Of a DNA stretch of 64,000 bases, positions 40,252 to 53,849 are shown piece by piece. How positions within the stretch are numbered: position 1 is the stretch's first letter; every line of letters starts with the position of its first letter. This DNA is from Octopus vulgaris. Taxonomy: Eukaryota. The stretch covers positions 55,428,001-55,492,000 of the forward strand of contig OX597826.1 of assembly GCA_951406725.2 (NCBI GenBank). Direction: 5' to 3'. Under the pieces are notes generated by a model. That model did no database searches and was not told where the DNA came from. It worked only from the letters and a program-made list of their open reading frames with translations. The position numbers and the translations under genes were made by a program.

Positions 40252-40384
<133 letters not shown>

Positions 40385-42343
40385 GGAATATTTCGCTGGT
40401 GGAATCCTTCTGGCAAAGGGTCTTATAGAAAGTGAAGTTTTGTTTCTCGACTGAATGCCGTGTTAACATGTATTTTCACTTCGATTCCTTTCTAAAACCA
40501 TTATTTCTTTAGTACTTTGGTGATTCTTTTGTTTTTATTCTTATTTGCCCAGCAGTCCTTCAAGTATCACATATGCATTCATATTTGTTTGATGTAGGGA
40601 TTTTCAATCAGTTGTTATAAGGTACCTAGAGCAACATGATACATGCATTTATCTCTCTCTCTCTCTCTCTCTTTCTTTGCGTCTCTCTCGTTGTGCGTGT
40701 GCGCGTCTGTGTGTGAAAATAATCAAAGGTCCTTCCCGTATGATGTCCTCTTACACTATAAACATACACAGGAGCTAAAAAGTCTGTAAACTCAATTGGT
40801 ATTGATAAAATTGAGACAGACACGACACAGAAGTATGTCCATCCGGGCAATTATTTAAAGAGTTTGTGTAAGTATGAAATAAAAATCATTCCATTTGTTA
40901 TCTCATTAGTCGCCTTATTGTCAGTTAAAAGCGAGACACATTCCATGATGGCAAGTTTTCATTGATATTGTGATAAGCTTTATCAAAACAGCATTCATTA
41001 TAGACACAGCAGAAATTCTTATCAATAATTGACAGTATAAAGACCAAGATAATTCCATGGCTATATCATTAATTATTTAAGTGGATTAGTGATATTTTTT
41101 TATCGTTTTCTTTCTTTTGATTACAGATAAATGGTGGCTGTTATGATGGCGAAAAAATATGTCGGCTATATTTCATTGAATATCTTGCCTACGGTTTTGT
41201 TGTATCATAAAAAAATATTACGAAGCTAGCATACCTTACGTGTGTGTGTGTATGTGTGTATGTATGTATATATGTATAAAGGTGGGTATGTGCCTGTATG
41301 TGTGTGCGTGTTTGTATATGTGTGTGTGTGTTTGTGTACGTGTGTGGGCGTGTTGCAGCAGTACGTTCAAAGTACAGAAAGTAATCATGTACAAGCCATC
41401 GCGAGACAATGCACATAATAAGAAAAACAACTCACCAGGGTTCGAGAATAAAAATGAGTCATTTGTGAAGAAGAAAAACTTTGAGCCAAATATTTAGTTA
41501 AGAAGTAACTCCGAAGGAGACAACAACGGTTTTCTTGCAATTTACGAGATTTCATAGATAACTACAAAATATTCCAGCGATATACTAGTGATAAAAATTC
41601 CGATTTTGTCTGTGGAATTTATCTACAGGAATTTCAGTTGTCGTGAAGCAGTGTTCATAAAATTACTCAGGTCATCCCATTGGGATTCCTTGATGAAATA
41701 ACTAAGTATAGAGGAAAAAATTATCTTCTAACAGTGCATACCGTAATTGGAGATGGTTCTTAGTTACAAGAGGAAATGTCTTAATTCTTGAGGAATAACA
41801 ACAAAACAAATGGTTACAAAATGCTTAAAGAAAGTCAGTGAGGCTTATTTAAAAGAAAGGGATATTTCAATGTAATAGATTGTGCAGTAGATACTGAGAG
41901 CAATTGCTTGAATAAGCAAAACTGCTTGATGTTGTTTGTATACACAATATGGTTAGCTTTCAATATTTCACCACTGTACACAAACTCGGAGTAGGTTTTT
42001 ATGATGCGCATATAATTGTAATATAGGCTGTGAACCAAGAATTTCTAATGCTGTAAGTGAACATTTCGACACAACCAAGAATTAGATCGTACACTGGTGT
42101 ACGAGAAGGTTCGAGAGCTGTCAAAATGCAATTGTCTGCATCACTTGTGATATTTCTCCAAAATCAGCATCTTACTATACATTTTCATTGCTGCCAAATA
42201 AGATATATTTCATATTTCAGTTTTCGCTAGTACAATAATCGATCGCTATTTAAATCAAATACAAACGTAACAGTAAAGGCCTATATGTGTATATGTTATT
42301 ATTATTATTATTATTATTATTATCATCATCATCATCATCATCT

Positions 42344-42745
<402 letters not shown>

Positions 42746-43320
42746 ATGTATGTATGTATGCATGTATGTATGTATGTATGTATGTATTTATGTATGCATG
42801 TATGCATGTATTTATGTATTATGTATGTATGTGTTTATGTATGTATGTGTGTATGTATGTATGTATGTATGCATGTATGTATGTATTTATGTATGTATGT
42901 ATGCATGTATGTATGTATTTATGTATGTATGTACATTTGCATGTGCGCATATATAAAATAGCTCTGTCATCTAATTCATACCATGGAACATTTGAACACA
43001 GAAAATTTGTTCACTAGAAGTTTCATAACTCAATGTTACTAAGGTAATTGTATGCAACAGATCTATAGCTATTCAAGCAGTCTTTGGTAAAATTGACTTC
43101 ATAATAATTTACTGCAGTTTAACACTGATATTTGGTCTTAGCCAGCTAGCTTCTATTTCTGTCCATTGCAAAGATGGCTTCATTTTAATCGTTGATATCG
43201 AAAAGATTCTGAAATGAAAGGAACGACATTTCACAGATACTTTTTACATTACATGCACAACAGAAAGAACGTTAGGGAAAAATAGTATGGCATCATTGTA
43301 TTGTAGAAACTTATAACATA

Positions 43321-43487
43321 GGCGTAGGAGTGGCTGTGTGGTAAGTAGCTTGCTTATGAACCACATGGTTCCGGATTCAGTCCCACTTCGTGGCACCTTG
43401 GACAAATGTCTTCTACTACTGCCTCGGGCCGACCAACGCCTTCTGAGTGGATTTGATAGACGGAAACTGAAAGAAGCTCGTCATATG

Positions 43488-43546
<59 letters not shown>

Positions 43547-43724
43547 GTGTGTATAAGCTTGTGTGTCTGTGTTTCTCCCCCCGACATCGCTTGACAACCG
43601 ATGCTGGTGTGTTTACGGCTCCGTAACCTAGCCGTTCAGCAAAAGAGACCGATAGAATAAGTACTAGGCTTACAAAGAATAAGTCCTTGGGTCGACTTGC
43701 TCGACTAAAGGTGGTGCTACAGCA
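43321..43724 (+). mobile_element. SINE family A, 3' end replaced by an RTE fragment
   Basis: Collinear up to GGTGCTACAGCAT. Confidence 0.9.
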
Positions 43725-44005
43725 TTAGACGAAGGAAATGGAGTTGGATCGGACATACACTGCGGAAAGAACCCTCAAATGTGAAACGACAAGCACTTGA
43801 TTGGAAACCGCAGGGGAAAAAGAAGCGAGACGCCCGAAGCGAACATGGAAGCGGAGCGTTTTGGACGAGCTCAGGACCACCGGCCTGACATGGGAAGCAG
43901 CCAAGAAACACGCCAATGACCGCAAAAAGTGGAAAACAACTGTTGAGGCGCTATGCCCCACAAGGGGCAAAAAAGGATTAAGAGAGAAAGAGAGAGAGAG
44001 AGAGT
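43725..44005 (+). mobile_element. RTE-clade LINE 3' end with (GA)n tail
   Basis: [44 protein letters not shown]...WEAAKKHANDRKKWKTTVEALCP. Confidence 0.92.
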
Positions 44006-44315
44006 TACAAGAGAAGTACAGACAAACTTCCTTAATTAAGTTTTTGCTGACGCAACGAAAGCTTATGCACTCGGGGATGTTTAATTAACCACAACCTTAC
44101 TAGACTTTTGCAAAAATTTCATACTGCGTAGTTTCCTAAATTTAGTTCAGAACCTGTGGTAGAATAGTCACTGAAGAATACGAGTGGGTCGAAACACCAG
44201 AGTTTACTGCGAAGTCTTGTGTTTTTAGCACACCACTCTGAGAATATCCTCTGCAACGAGATATTAGAATTAGTGCCATTGCACATTTGTCTGAATATCA
44301 TAAATAATGATAATA

Positions 44316-44750
44316 AATTGATATAAACGTATCTGTCAAGACCTACCAGAAAGTGAGCAAATATAAAGATCTGGAAATAGAAATCAGCAAAATGTGGAAC
44401 CTGAAGACTAAAACAATACCTGCTGTCATGGGTGCCCTGGGAATGATAGCAAAAGGGGATGATTGCTACCTAACTCAGATACCAGGAAACCCCAAAATGG
44501 CAGAAATTCAAAAGATAGTGCTCATGGGAACTGCTCATATCCTACGCAAAATACTTTCTTTGTAATCTTTTTAAAACAAACATAATTTTCGTATGTTTTT
44601 TTTAGGCATTCACTAGTATAACACTAAGTACAAAACCAAATATATGGCACGCTAGGCATAACACCAACATGAACTTCCAACTTGTTGTCTCTTGAGGTCT
44701 CTGGGTGAGACTTGGAGCCAGCTTGTGCATATGTAAAGCAAAAGTCAAAC
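44316..44750 (+). mobile_element. R4/Dong-like LINE 3' end plus UTR, followed by (TAA)n
   Basis: KVSKYKDLEIEISKMWNLKTKTIPAVMGALG...IQKIVLMGTAHILRKILSL*; (TAA)n at 44751-44900. Confidence 0.92.
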
Positions 44751-44829
<79 letters not shown>

Positions 44830-44843
44830 CAACAACAACAACG

Positions 44844-44900
<57 letters not shown>

Positions 44901-44926
44901 TATGCACGTATGTACGTACATACACT

Positions 44927-44977
<51 letters not shown>

Positions 44978-45462
44978 TTTCACGTCAGAATATACTAATG
45001 GTTTCCTATCTTCTACGAAATTTTATCATCTTTTTCTGACAGAGCAGTAGACGAAATCTGTGAAAAGAAACATGAAATGCCATTTGATACTTTACAACAA
45101 TACTATTAATTCTTGATGCCAGAACACTGAAATGTACTTAACTAAGAACTGAACCCTACACCCGTACACTTCCCGTTGAGATTTTACCATTTCGACTATC
45201 TTGCTTAGTATCTCCATGTTGGTCCTGTTGCTCACACTAGAATTATTGCAAAAATATGATATAGAAAACTGTTATATACAGCATATATTTACATGCATTA
45301 TGCACCATTGTATTTATTTATCTTTTGTAAAGCTGTCACAAAGAATAAATATTGAATATTTTTACGGACTTAATTGAATGTAATATTTTAAAACGTTTTC
45401 ATATCTACAAAGCTTTTCAACTTTGAGTCAAGAGCTATGTATCTCACTTTTCATTTATCGGT

Positions 45463-45514
<52 letters not shown>

Positions 45515-45691
45515 TTATATCTCTATCTCTCTATCTGTCTGTTAGTCTATTTACTTATCTATCAATCTGCCTGTCTGTCTGCATGTCTGTCTGTTTATCT
45601 ATCTATCTTTTGTTAATCATATCTACCTTTATATTTATCTATAAGTCTGTCAGTCCATCTGTCCTTTTCTCATCTTCATAGACACACAAAA

Positions 45692-45723
<32 letters not shown>

Positions 45724-45729
45724 CATACA

Positions 45730-45799
<70 letters not shown>

Positions 45800-46844
45800 C
45801 AGATATATATATATATATATATGTATAGATAGATAGTTAGATAGTTAGATGGATATATACATATACTATGGAGATGCATATTACAAAAGTACAAGCGTTT
45901 ATTGATATAACTGTCTATATATCTGTTCAAGTAGTGTGTGTGACTGTGTATGCATGCATGTATGTATGTATGCATGTATGCATGTATGTATGTATGTATG
46001 TATGTATACACGCACATATATTAGCACACATGCACACATATCTAGATAAAATATAATTAGGAAAATCAATTTAACTGTTTACTTGCTTGTCAGTTCCATT
46101 GTATAAAGCTTTCCTATATATGTCAGTCGAATTATCTATCTATTTATCTATCAGCTTTTTAGTTTCTCTATCTATTTTTCTTCCTGTCTGTAAGTCTGAC
46201 TAACTGTATGTCATTGCCGCTATGTATAATTATCAATATTAATGCTATTTAAAAAGAAAATTCGATGAATTAATTGAAGTAATGAGCTGTAGTCAGCTTA
46301 ATAAATTTGTTATGGCAGGATCTTTTACTTCTGCATTACATTCTGAGAACCGATAATTACGGTGAACGAATGAGTAGCTTGCTAGTTACACTACTAAAGG
46401 AGTGATCCAAAGGACAGGATTTTCAAAACTAGATATTAACGCGTGAATTGCATTCATAGCTGGCAGAATCGAGAGACAATTGTATGGCGCTCTTACGATT
46501 ACTGTCTGCAGCTAGAAATAGCAGATATGTCAGCTATAGTTAGTAGCCTGTCCTTCATTGAAAATACACATCGTATAATGTGGTCCTAAAAGAACTCGGC
46601 TTGGAGCAAAAGAAGAGTTTCACACGGCTGGTATGCGATGTTAGGTCTCCATTACAAGTCTACGCAATCACAGCTGATTTTGAAAAACAATCAGAATAAA
46701 ATACTCCTCCTTTTCATTATTGTCACTATCAATAACAATAATAATACTAACATTAACCGGCAGAAGACTCAATTATTCATATGGAATCAATGAAGATTTC
46801 TTCAGCTCTGCCTCAGTCCACCCAGATGTTTAATGTACAACAAC

Positions 46845-47032
46845 CTACACACAGAGGGGACAAAAAGTCGATTTCATCGATTTCAGGGCGTAACTGGTAC
46901 TTATTTAATCGACCCCGAAAGGATGAAAGGCAAAGACGACCTCGGCGAAATTTGAACTCCAAGCGTAACGGCAGACGAAATACCGCTATTTATTTCACCC
47001 GGCGCGCTAACTTTTCTGCCAGCTCACCGCCT
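46845..47032 (-). mobile_element. SINE family C
   Basis: Reverse complement of the 49757 copy with a 3' deletion. Confidence 0.9.
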
Positions 47033-47529
47033 TATGAGTGCAGCAAATAGAGGAATACCAAAATAATTTCTTTTTGACACGACGTTGGCTAGAAACTGTA
47101 ATATGCGAAAATACAGGTATGTGTGTATGTGTATGTGTATGCGTGCGTTTGTATGAACATAGAGGGAAACAGAGAGAGAGAGAGAGAGAGAGAAAGAAAT
47201 AGAATGCGAGGGAGAGAAAAAGAGGGGATTATCCTCTGCCTATATATGTAGTTAATTATTTCCGTAATGTTGGTGAACCAGATGGCAGCCATGATTGTGA
47301 AAACGTATGATTATAAGATGTTCTATTTATGAGCATTTCGGCTTTTTGCCTTATAAAGACTATATTTCTTAGTGCTTTCTTCTCACGGTAGACGGGAAGT
47401 AGAGTTTCTCATATGATGCGACACTGTGGTTGCGTCATGATGGAACTAGTATCAGCATCACGGATTCTTAAAAATGTGGGGAACGCTGAGGCGGAATAAC
47501 CTTCCAGTCATGGAGAATTTTGGCTTGAT

Positions 47530-47640
47530 GGCCTAAACAGAAGGGTGGCAGAGTTTGAAAGCTAGAACAATGCAAAACGCAATGTGACCAGTGTTTTATG
47601 GCAACATCCGATAGTCTGGTGGACCATGTGATCACGTGAT
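47530..47640 (+). mobile_element. SINE family B 3' fragment
   Basis: AACGCAATGTGACCAG...CAACATC.GAT.GTCTGGT...GTGATCACGTGAT. Confidence 0.7.
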
Positions 47641-47971
47641 ACACACACACATACACAAACGTGCCCTCACACACACAAACACACATAAAATCATATGGCA
47701 GGAGAAAAGCTCTATGACACTGTATAGGCCTTACGAGATGCAATCAGAGAAATAAAAAGCTTTATATCAGAAAGCCGGGCTGAATTCTTGCAACACAGAA
47801 GGTTCCACTAAAAGCACTCAAACTGAAGAATGCTACTATTAAACTGTTCGACTGATAAACTCTACAACCCAATTTAGCCTTAGCAGGATTTGAACGCAGA
47901 GCTCAGACACTAGGTAAAAATAGCTCCATCAAGCATTATACCCGATTCTTTAGCAAGTCTGCTAATATAAT

Positions 47972-48400
47972 CTTTTCTCCTCTAAGCACAAGGCCCAACA
48001 TTTTGTGGGAGGAATCCAGTCGATCAGATCTACCCCATTACGCAAGTGGCACTAAGTTTATCGACCCCGAAATGATGAAAGGCAAAGTCAACCACGGCGG
48101 AATTTAAACACAGAACGTAAAGTCAGACGAAATACTGCTGAGTATTTCGCCAGTCGTGCTAACGTTTCTTATTTCTTTACTGCCCACAAGGGGCTACACA
48201 CAGAGGGGACAAACAAGGACAGACAAAGGGATTAAGTCGATTTCATCTATCCCAGTGCGTAACTGGTACTTAATTTATCGACCCCGAAAGGATGAAAGGC
48301 AAAGTCGACCTCGGCGAAATTTGAACTCCACGCGTAACGGCAGACGAAATACCGCTAATAATTTCACCCGGCGCGCTAACGTTTCTGCCAGTTCGCCGCA
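47972..48400 (-). mobile_element. Tandem dimer of SINE family C within a single 13-bp direct repeat
   Basis: CTGCTAATATAAT at 47959-47971 and 48406-48418. Confidence 0.85.
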
Positions 48401-49161
48401 TTACGCTGCTAATATAATTTAAATCTTAGGAAAATCCATACTAATGCCTTGAAAACGTTATGTACTATTCTGTTAACTATAATTGTAATTAATAAAATGA
48501 AGTTTAATACTTTTTTCCATATTTTAAAACAGTTCTGTTTAATTTACCATGCGAAGTTTTGAACTTCAAAACCACAAACTCTAAGCCATTGAGATTCATT
48601 ACACTAGAGCTTCATTTAAGAAGGAATCGGTTTCTATCTCTGCTAGATCGATTTAAATTTATTGCTTTGTTTGTTTCGGTACTCACAAGTATGACGGCGG
48701 AATTCAATCCAAATTGTGCTATATCAAATTCGATCACCCTGGAAAAATGTGTTAAGCGTATATCTACACAAACTTTGTCGTATAATTCTAATTTACAACA
48801 ATAATCGCTCATTTATTTCTTGACTAATATCTGGGTATTTCTGTTTCCGATCGCAAACTGGTAAAGTGTGTAATCTAAATCATTTCGAACCTGAATCGAA
48901 GACTTTCATTACATGCAATTGCGAATTGTTCCGCACTAGCGATTATGACCTTGTGGGCGACTCAAGTCAATATATACAGAAAATCAAAGACGTTTTCTCA
49001 GGTGGCCCTTATGTTGGTTTGAGCGAATTATTGCTACTGTTGTTATTCTTATTATTCTTGTAACTGTTCAGACTCCGATTGACCCATATCGAATCAGATC
49101 ATTTATCAATATAGCTCCAGTCATGACTGTCTCACCTTACTTTGAAAAATATTTTCATATA

Positions 49162-49598
49162 GGCGTAGGACCCGCCGTGTGGCAAGCAGCTTGCTTACCA
49201 ACCACATGGTATTGGGTTCAGTCCCACTGCGTGGCACGTTGGGCAAGTATCTTCTACTATAGCCTCGGGCCGACCAAAGCCTTGTCCGTGGATTTGGTAG
49301 ACGGAAACTGAAAGAAGCCCGTCGTATATATGTATTTATGTATGTATGTATGTATGTATGTATGTATGTGTATATGTTCGTTCGTCTGTGTTTGTCCCCC
49401 CCCACCAACATCGCTTGACAACCGATGTCGGTGTGTTTACGTCCCCGTAACTTAGCTGTTCGGCAAAAAAGACCAATAGAATAAGTACTAGGCTTACAAA
49501 GAATAAGTCCTGGGATCGATTTACTTGACTAAAGGTGGTGCTCCAGCATGGCCACAGTCAAATGACTGAAACAAGTAAACGAGTAAAAGAGTAAAAGA
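49162..49598 (+). mobile_element. SINE family A, full length
   Basis: Collinear; tail GTAAACGAGTAAAAGAGTAAAAGA. Confidence 0.92.
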
Positions 49599-49756
49599 TT
49601 ATATTATTATTTAAAAAAGGTGTGTCTTTTGTCACATTACTGTATTATCATTCGTTTTTTTTTTTCTTTTCAAGAGCATTTGTAGATATACCTGGAATTC
49701 ATCGATGTTTAAACGATCAGTCTTCGTTTATTGATTTCTATATCTCTACAAAAGTA

Positions 49757-49987
49757 GGCGGCGAGCTGGCAGAAACGTTAGCACGCCGGGCGAAACGCGT
49801 AGCCGTATTTCGTCTGCCGTTACGCTCTGAGTTCAAATTCCGTCGAGGTCAACTTTGCCTTTCATCCCTTCGGGGTCGATAAATTAAGTACCAGTTACGT
49901 ACTGGTGTCGATGTAATCGACTTAATCCCTTTGTCTGTCTTTGCTTGTCCCCTCTGTGTTTAGCTCCTTGTGGGCAATAAAGAAATA
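49757..49987 (+). mobile_element. SINE family C (Meta/MESC-like core), full length with perfect 18-bp TSD
   Basis: TATATCTCTACAAAAGTA at 49739-49756 and 49988-50005. B box GAGTTCAAATTCC. Core GGTCAACTTTGCCTTTCATCCCTTCGGGGTCGATAAATTAAGTACC. Confidence 0.95.
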
Positions 49988-51504
49988 TATATCTCTACAA
50001 AAGTACTAGTAATATAATGGCCTTATTCCAAACGTCGTTTACTTCTCTTCTTCCCTGCAATAGAAACAGCTAAACCATTCGTTTTCTTCCTGACCGATTA
50101 ATAATCTGTGAAATATTTCTTGCTGTCGGTTTTGTCGTTCTCCTATTTCATCGTTAAATATATTACGGTTGACAATAAATTAAATAATGAAACTGATAAC
50201 ATTATTTTCATTGATAACTTTATTAACCACAGTTTTGGTTTTTCAGTTAGTTACGTATTCAAAGAAAACAATTCTTAAAAGTCTAAGGATTACGTCTTTT
50301 GTAAAGCTATAACAAAAAAAACAACAACAACAACATCTGCAATGAATTCATGTAAAGAAAAAAGGCCAAAGAATTGAAATATGAATTATATAAATGTTCT
50401 TCTCTCTTTTATTCTTTTGTCATTAATTCATAATGGTTGTGAAGATGAATTAGCCTTAACTGCAAAATGTCACAACCATTAATTCTATTTCTTTTTTGTA
50501 ATTGTGTTCTGGTGTGAGTTTTTCCTAGAATGAATAAAATAAAATTTGATAAGACAACGAAGAAGACAGTTATGTTGTCATATCTGATAGAAATAGCAGC
50601 CATATCTTGTCTTGATCAAGGATACGTTAGATAATATTGTCCTAAGTACGTCAGGTCTGAAAAACAAAAGAAAAAAAGAGGAAATAGTAATGTAACAGCT
50701 AGAGCGTCTTTGATCATTATGCAACCCAACCCAGTTAAAGCAGACCTAGGGCTAAATAACAACATCGAACAACAATAACAACAGCATAAAAACAACAACA
50801 ACAACCATAGCAACAACAACAACCATAGCAACAACAACAACAACGTTATCGTTGAATATATCAGACAAAAGAAAAAAATGTATTTGTTCACTTTGTAAGA
50901 AACAGCCGCCATGTTTTTTTTTCAAATCATATTACTGACAGAAAATGAAAAGAATATGTTTAAAAACATTTTTTCTGGAGACACAGTATGCTTGTACATT
51001 AGGTTGGACATATACAATCGTTGTAAAGGGGAATTTATTCTTCCTTGATGAAACACAGCAGCGATTAGCATATTCGTGTTCGAATCGGCTGGAACATATT
51101 AAGAATAAATACTTAAGGTATCGTTTCGATTCTCACTTCTCATCATACTTATAAGGATTTAATATCGATTGACTGATACCAGCATGGATCAGCAAACAGT
51201 TTGTTCATAAAAGATTTAAACAAGTGCATCGACACTTGTTAAATTCATTAGTCTGGGTACCTCTGGCTGGTGGGAGACAATGATGTCGAAACACCGGATA
51301 TCGCATAGTCCATTCTGTTCTGTTAATGAATTGTGTCAGATATCATCACACATGTAAAAAAAAAAAAGGTGAAAATGTGCTCCTGTGAGGAAATTCAACA
51401 ACACTTAACAAATTCACGTTCGAATCGGCTGGAACGCATACAAAATTAATCAAACAATGGGCAAATCATCATTTTGATTCCCCTTATTCACTGTGCATAC
51501 GATG

Positions 51505-51509
<5 letters not shown>

Positions 51510-51552
<43 letters not shown>

Positions 51553-51553
51553 T

Positions 51554-51604
<51 letters not shown>

Positions 51605-51611
51605 TATATAC

Positions 51612-51696
<85 letters not shown>

Positions 51697-51753
51697 TACA
51701 TATATATATATATATACATATATACATATATATATACATATATATAAATATAC

Positions 51754-51819
<66 letters not shown>
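51510..51819. repeat. (TA)n microsatellite, about 310 bp
   Basis: Direct observation. Confidence 0.97.
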
Positions 51820-51823
<4 letters not shown>

Positions 51824-51825
51824 CT

Positions 51826-52025
51826 GTGGCTTAGTGGTTAGGGCGTTGGGTTTGCAATCGTAAGTTCGTGAGTTCAATTCCCGGTGACGTGTTGTGTCCT
51901 TGGGAAAGAGGCATTATTTCACGTTCCTCCAGACCACTCAGCTGGCAAAAATGAGTAGCACCTGTATTTGAAAGGGCTAGCTTTGTCACACTCAGTGTGA
52001 CGCTGAATCTCTCTGAGAACTACGT
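51826..52025 (+). mobile_element. tRNA-derived SINE, family D-like
   Basis: TGGCTTAGTGGTTAGGGCG A box, GAGTTCAATTCCC B box, GTGTCCTTGGGAAAG. Confidence 0.8.
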
Positions 52026-52530
52026 TATGGCTAACCACTAAGAGTGGGTGTTACTGTAGCTTTTAGCCCCAGGAGATCATCGTCTCCAGCTGGCTTTAGG
52101 CACACTTTCTGTGCCCTTACGTGCCTTTATTGAGATGGCTAGTATACTTTACGTTGTCGAGCGGTTACTGCTTACATCTCGTTCAGAGATTTATTATTGC
52201 TTGCAGACAGTTTTTCGAAATCAGTGACAGTAGTTACTGGGCAAAACGTTAAATAGATATTTGCAAACAGGTCTCCCTTCATCGAAAACCGGTGATTACC
52301 GTAACGTTGACAAGAGGCAAATACCACGAAACTGCAGTCCGTGCGTATCACTTAGGTTTACGAGAGAGGGATGACCTCCCTTTGCAAATACCATAAGGGC
52401 ACAGAAAGTGTGCCTAAAGCCAGCTGGAGACGATGATCTCCAGGGGCTAAAAGCTACAGTAACACCCACCCTTAGTGGTTAGCCATATTGAGATGGCTAG
52501 TATACTTTACGTTGTCGCTATTATTGCTAT
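52026..52530 (+). mobile_element. Non-coding hammerhead-bearing element with partial inverted and tandem terminal repeats (PLE pseudo-LTR / retrozyme-like)
   Basis: 94-bp inverted repeat (52026-52119 vs 52394-52487), 32-bp direct repeat (52128-52159 vs 52486-52517), homologous to 62050-62580. Confidence 0.82.
52304..52342 (+). ncRNA. Minimal type I hammerhead-like motif (mutated core) at the tip of a long hairpin, 52258-52390
   Basis: ACG-UUGACAA-GAGG(CAAAUA)CCAC-GAAA-CUGCAG-UC-CGU; palindromic stem-III loop. Confidence 0.65.
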
Positions 52531-52544
52531 ATATATATAATTAA

Positions 52545-52742
52545 CAATATATATGACTATTGATTCTCCCGTCGAAGACGACGTATAAGTATTCAACTTT
52601 TATCTGACGACATGCACTGTACCTCACACTCTCCATCAAGTCGCCGTTGTCTGAACAGGTGTACTGTGTACCACGCGTCAGGTGTCGAAGGGATCGCAGA
52701 GCAACGTGAGATGGAGTGTCTTGCTCAAGAACACAACACACT
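52545..52742 (-). mobile_element. SINE family D, 5'-truncated
   Basis: Homologous to 18400-18620 (TTCTTGAGCAAGACACTCCAT.TCACG; GACGGGAGA). Confidence 0.75.
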
Positions 52743-53014
52743 GCTGTTAAAAACTATGACACACACACACACACACACAAGTATGCAGACCCAAAATCAT
52801 ACACAGACGCGAGCACACACACACATAGACACACACGCACAAACAGGGACACAAACGCATGGCCGCCTATGAAATTCCATATGCGTGTGTGTATAGTTTT
52901 TGCTTCGTATGGTGTATGTATCCATGCCCTTTATATAGTTTTATTTATTTATTTTACCTATCTCTGTCTTATATTTATCACAGGTATGCGACACTTATAT
53001 TTATGTATTTATAT

Positions 53015-53046
<32 letters not shown>

Positions 53047-53511
53047 ATTATTTATTTATTTAAACACATCTATCTATTTCTCATAAGTTTCACAGGTAAG
53101 TGCATATATGTCTATTGTGTGTGTACTACCCTGCATGATTCTGAGTATTGTATATGGTTTTTCACCTCTCTCTTTTCATCCCTACTGTCTTTAGTCATGA
53201 GATGTGGTGTGTGGTAGCGGATGTTACTGTTCCATTCGTGTTTTCACACATACACAGAGGAATGCAAGAACTGCACCATACATATTATTCCGAGCCTTAG
53301 AACAGCAGCAGCACAATGGGGTGAGAGAATGGGGTTGAATGGAAAGCCACACTGCTGCTGAAAAATATAACACACACATACACACGGACGCACACACACA
53401 CACACACACAAGCAAACAAACAAGGACACAAACGCATGCGCATATAAGGATACACATTTTAGAAGAACAGAATGGAGTAAGTTGAGCAAGAACACACACG
53501 AAAGCGAAAAG

Positions 53512-53556
53512 TGTCGCTGAAGAGGTCACAGATGTGTGACGAAAAATTTCCGGACA
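53512..53556 (+). ncRNA. Minimal type I hammerhead ribozyme with intact core
   Basis: UGUCG-CUGAAGA-G-GUCACA(GAUG)UGUGAC-GAAA-AAUU-UC-CGGACA. 6-bp stem II, palindromic AAUU loop, UC cleavage site after 53550. Confidence 0.75.
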
Positions 53557-53849
53557 ATGGACATGAGTTAGAATAAAATAAGGACAAGTGAAGAAAAAAT
53601 ATACAGTGCGTTTGTTTATTTGAAAAAGAAATGACCATCCTGAAATATAACTATATATATATATATAATTCAAATTATGATGAATGTAAACAAACGAAGT
53701 TTGCTTTAGAAGCGTTGAGATGTTTTAGAAAGTTAAAGAAGTGATTTTAAATCCTCAAACGCAGAATAATACTAATAATATATCCTGAACAGGATATGCT
53801 ACCCCTATTTTTCAGAAAAAAAAAGTGTTAGCGGCCGACCATATATATT

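Noticed and set aside
53088-53101. Perfect donor CAG|GTAAGT
   Set aside because: Upstream sequence is AT-rich low complexity with no credible exon.
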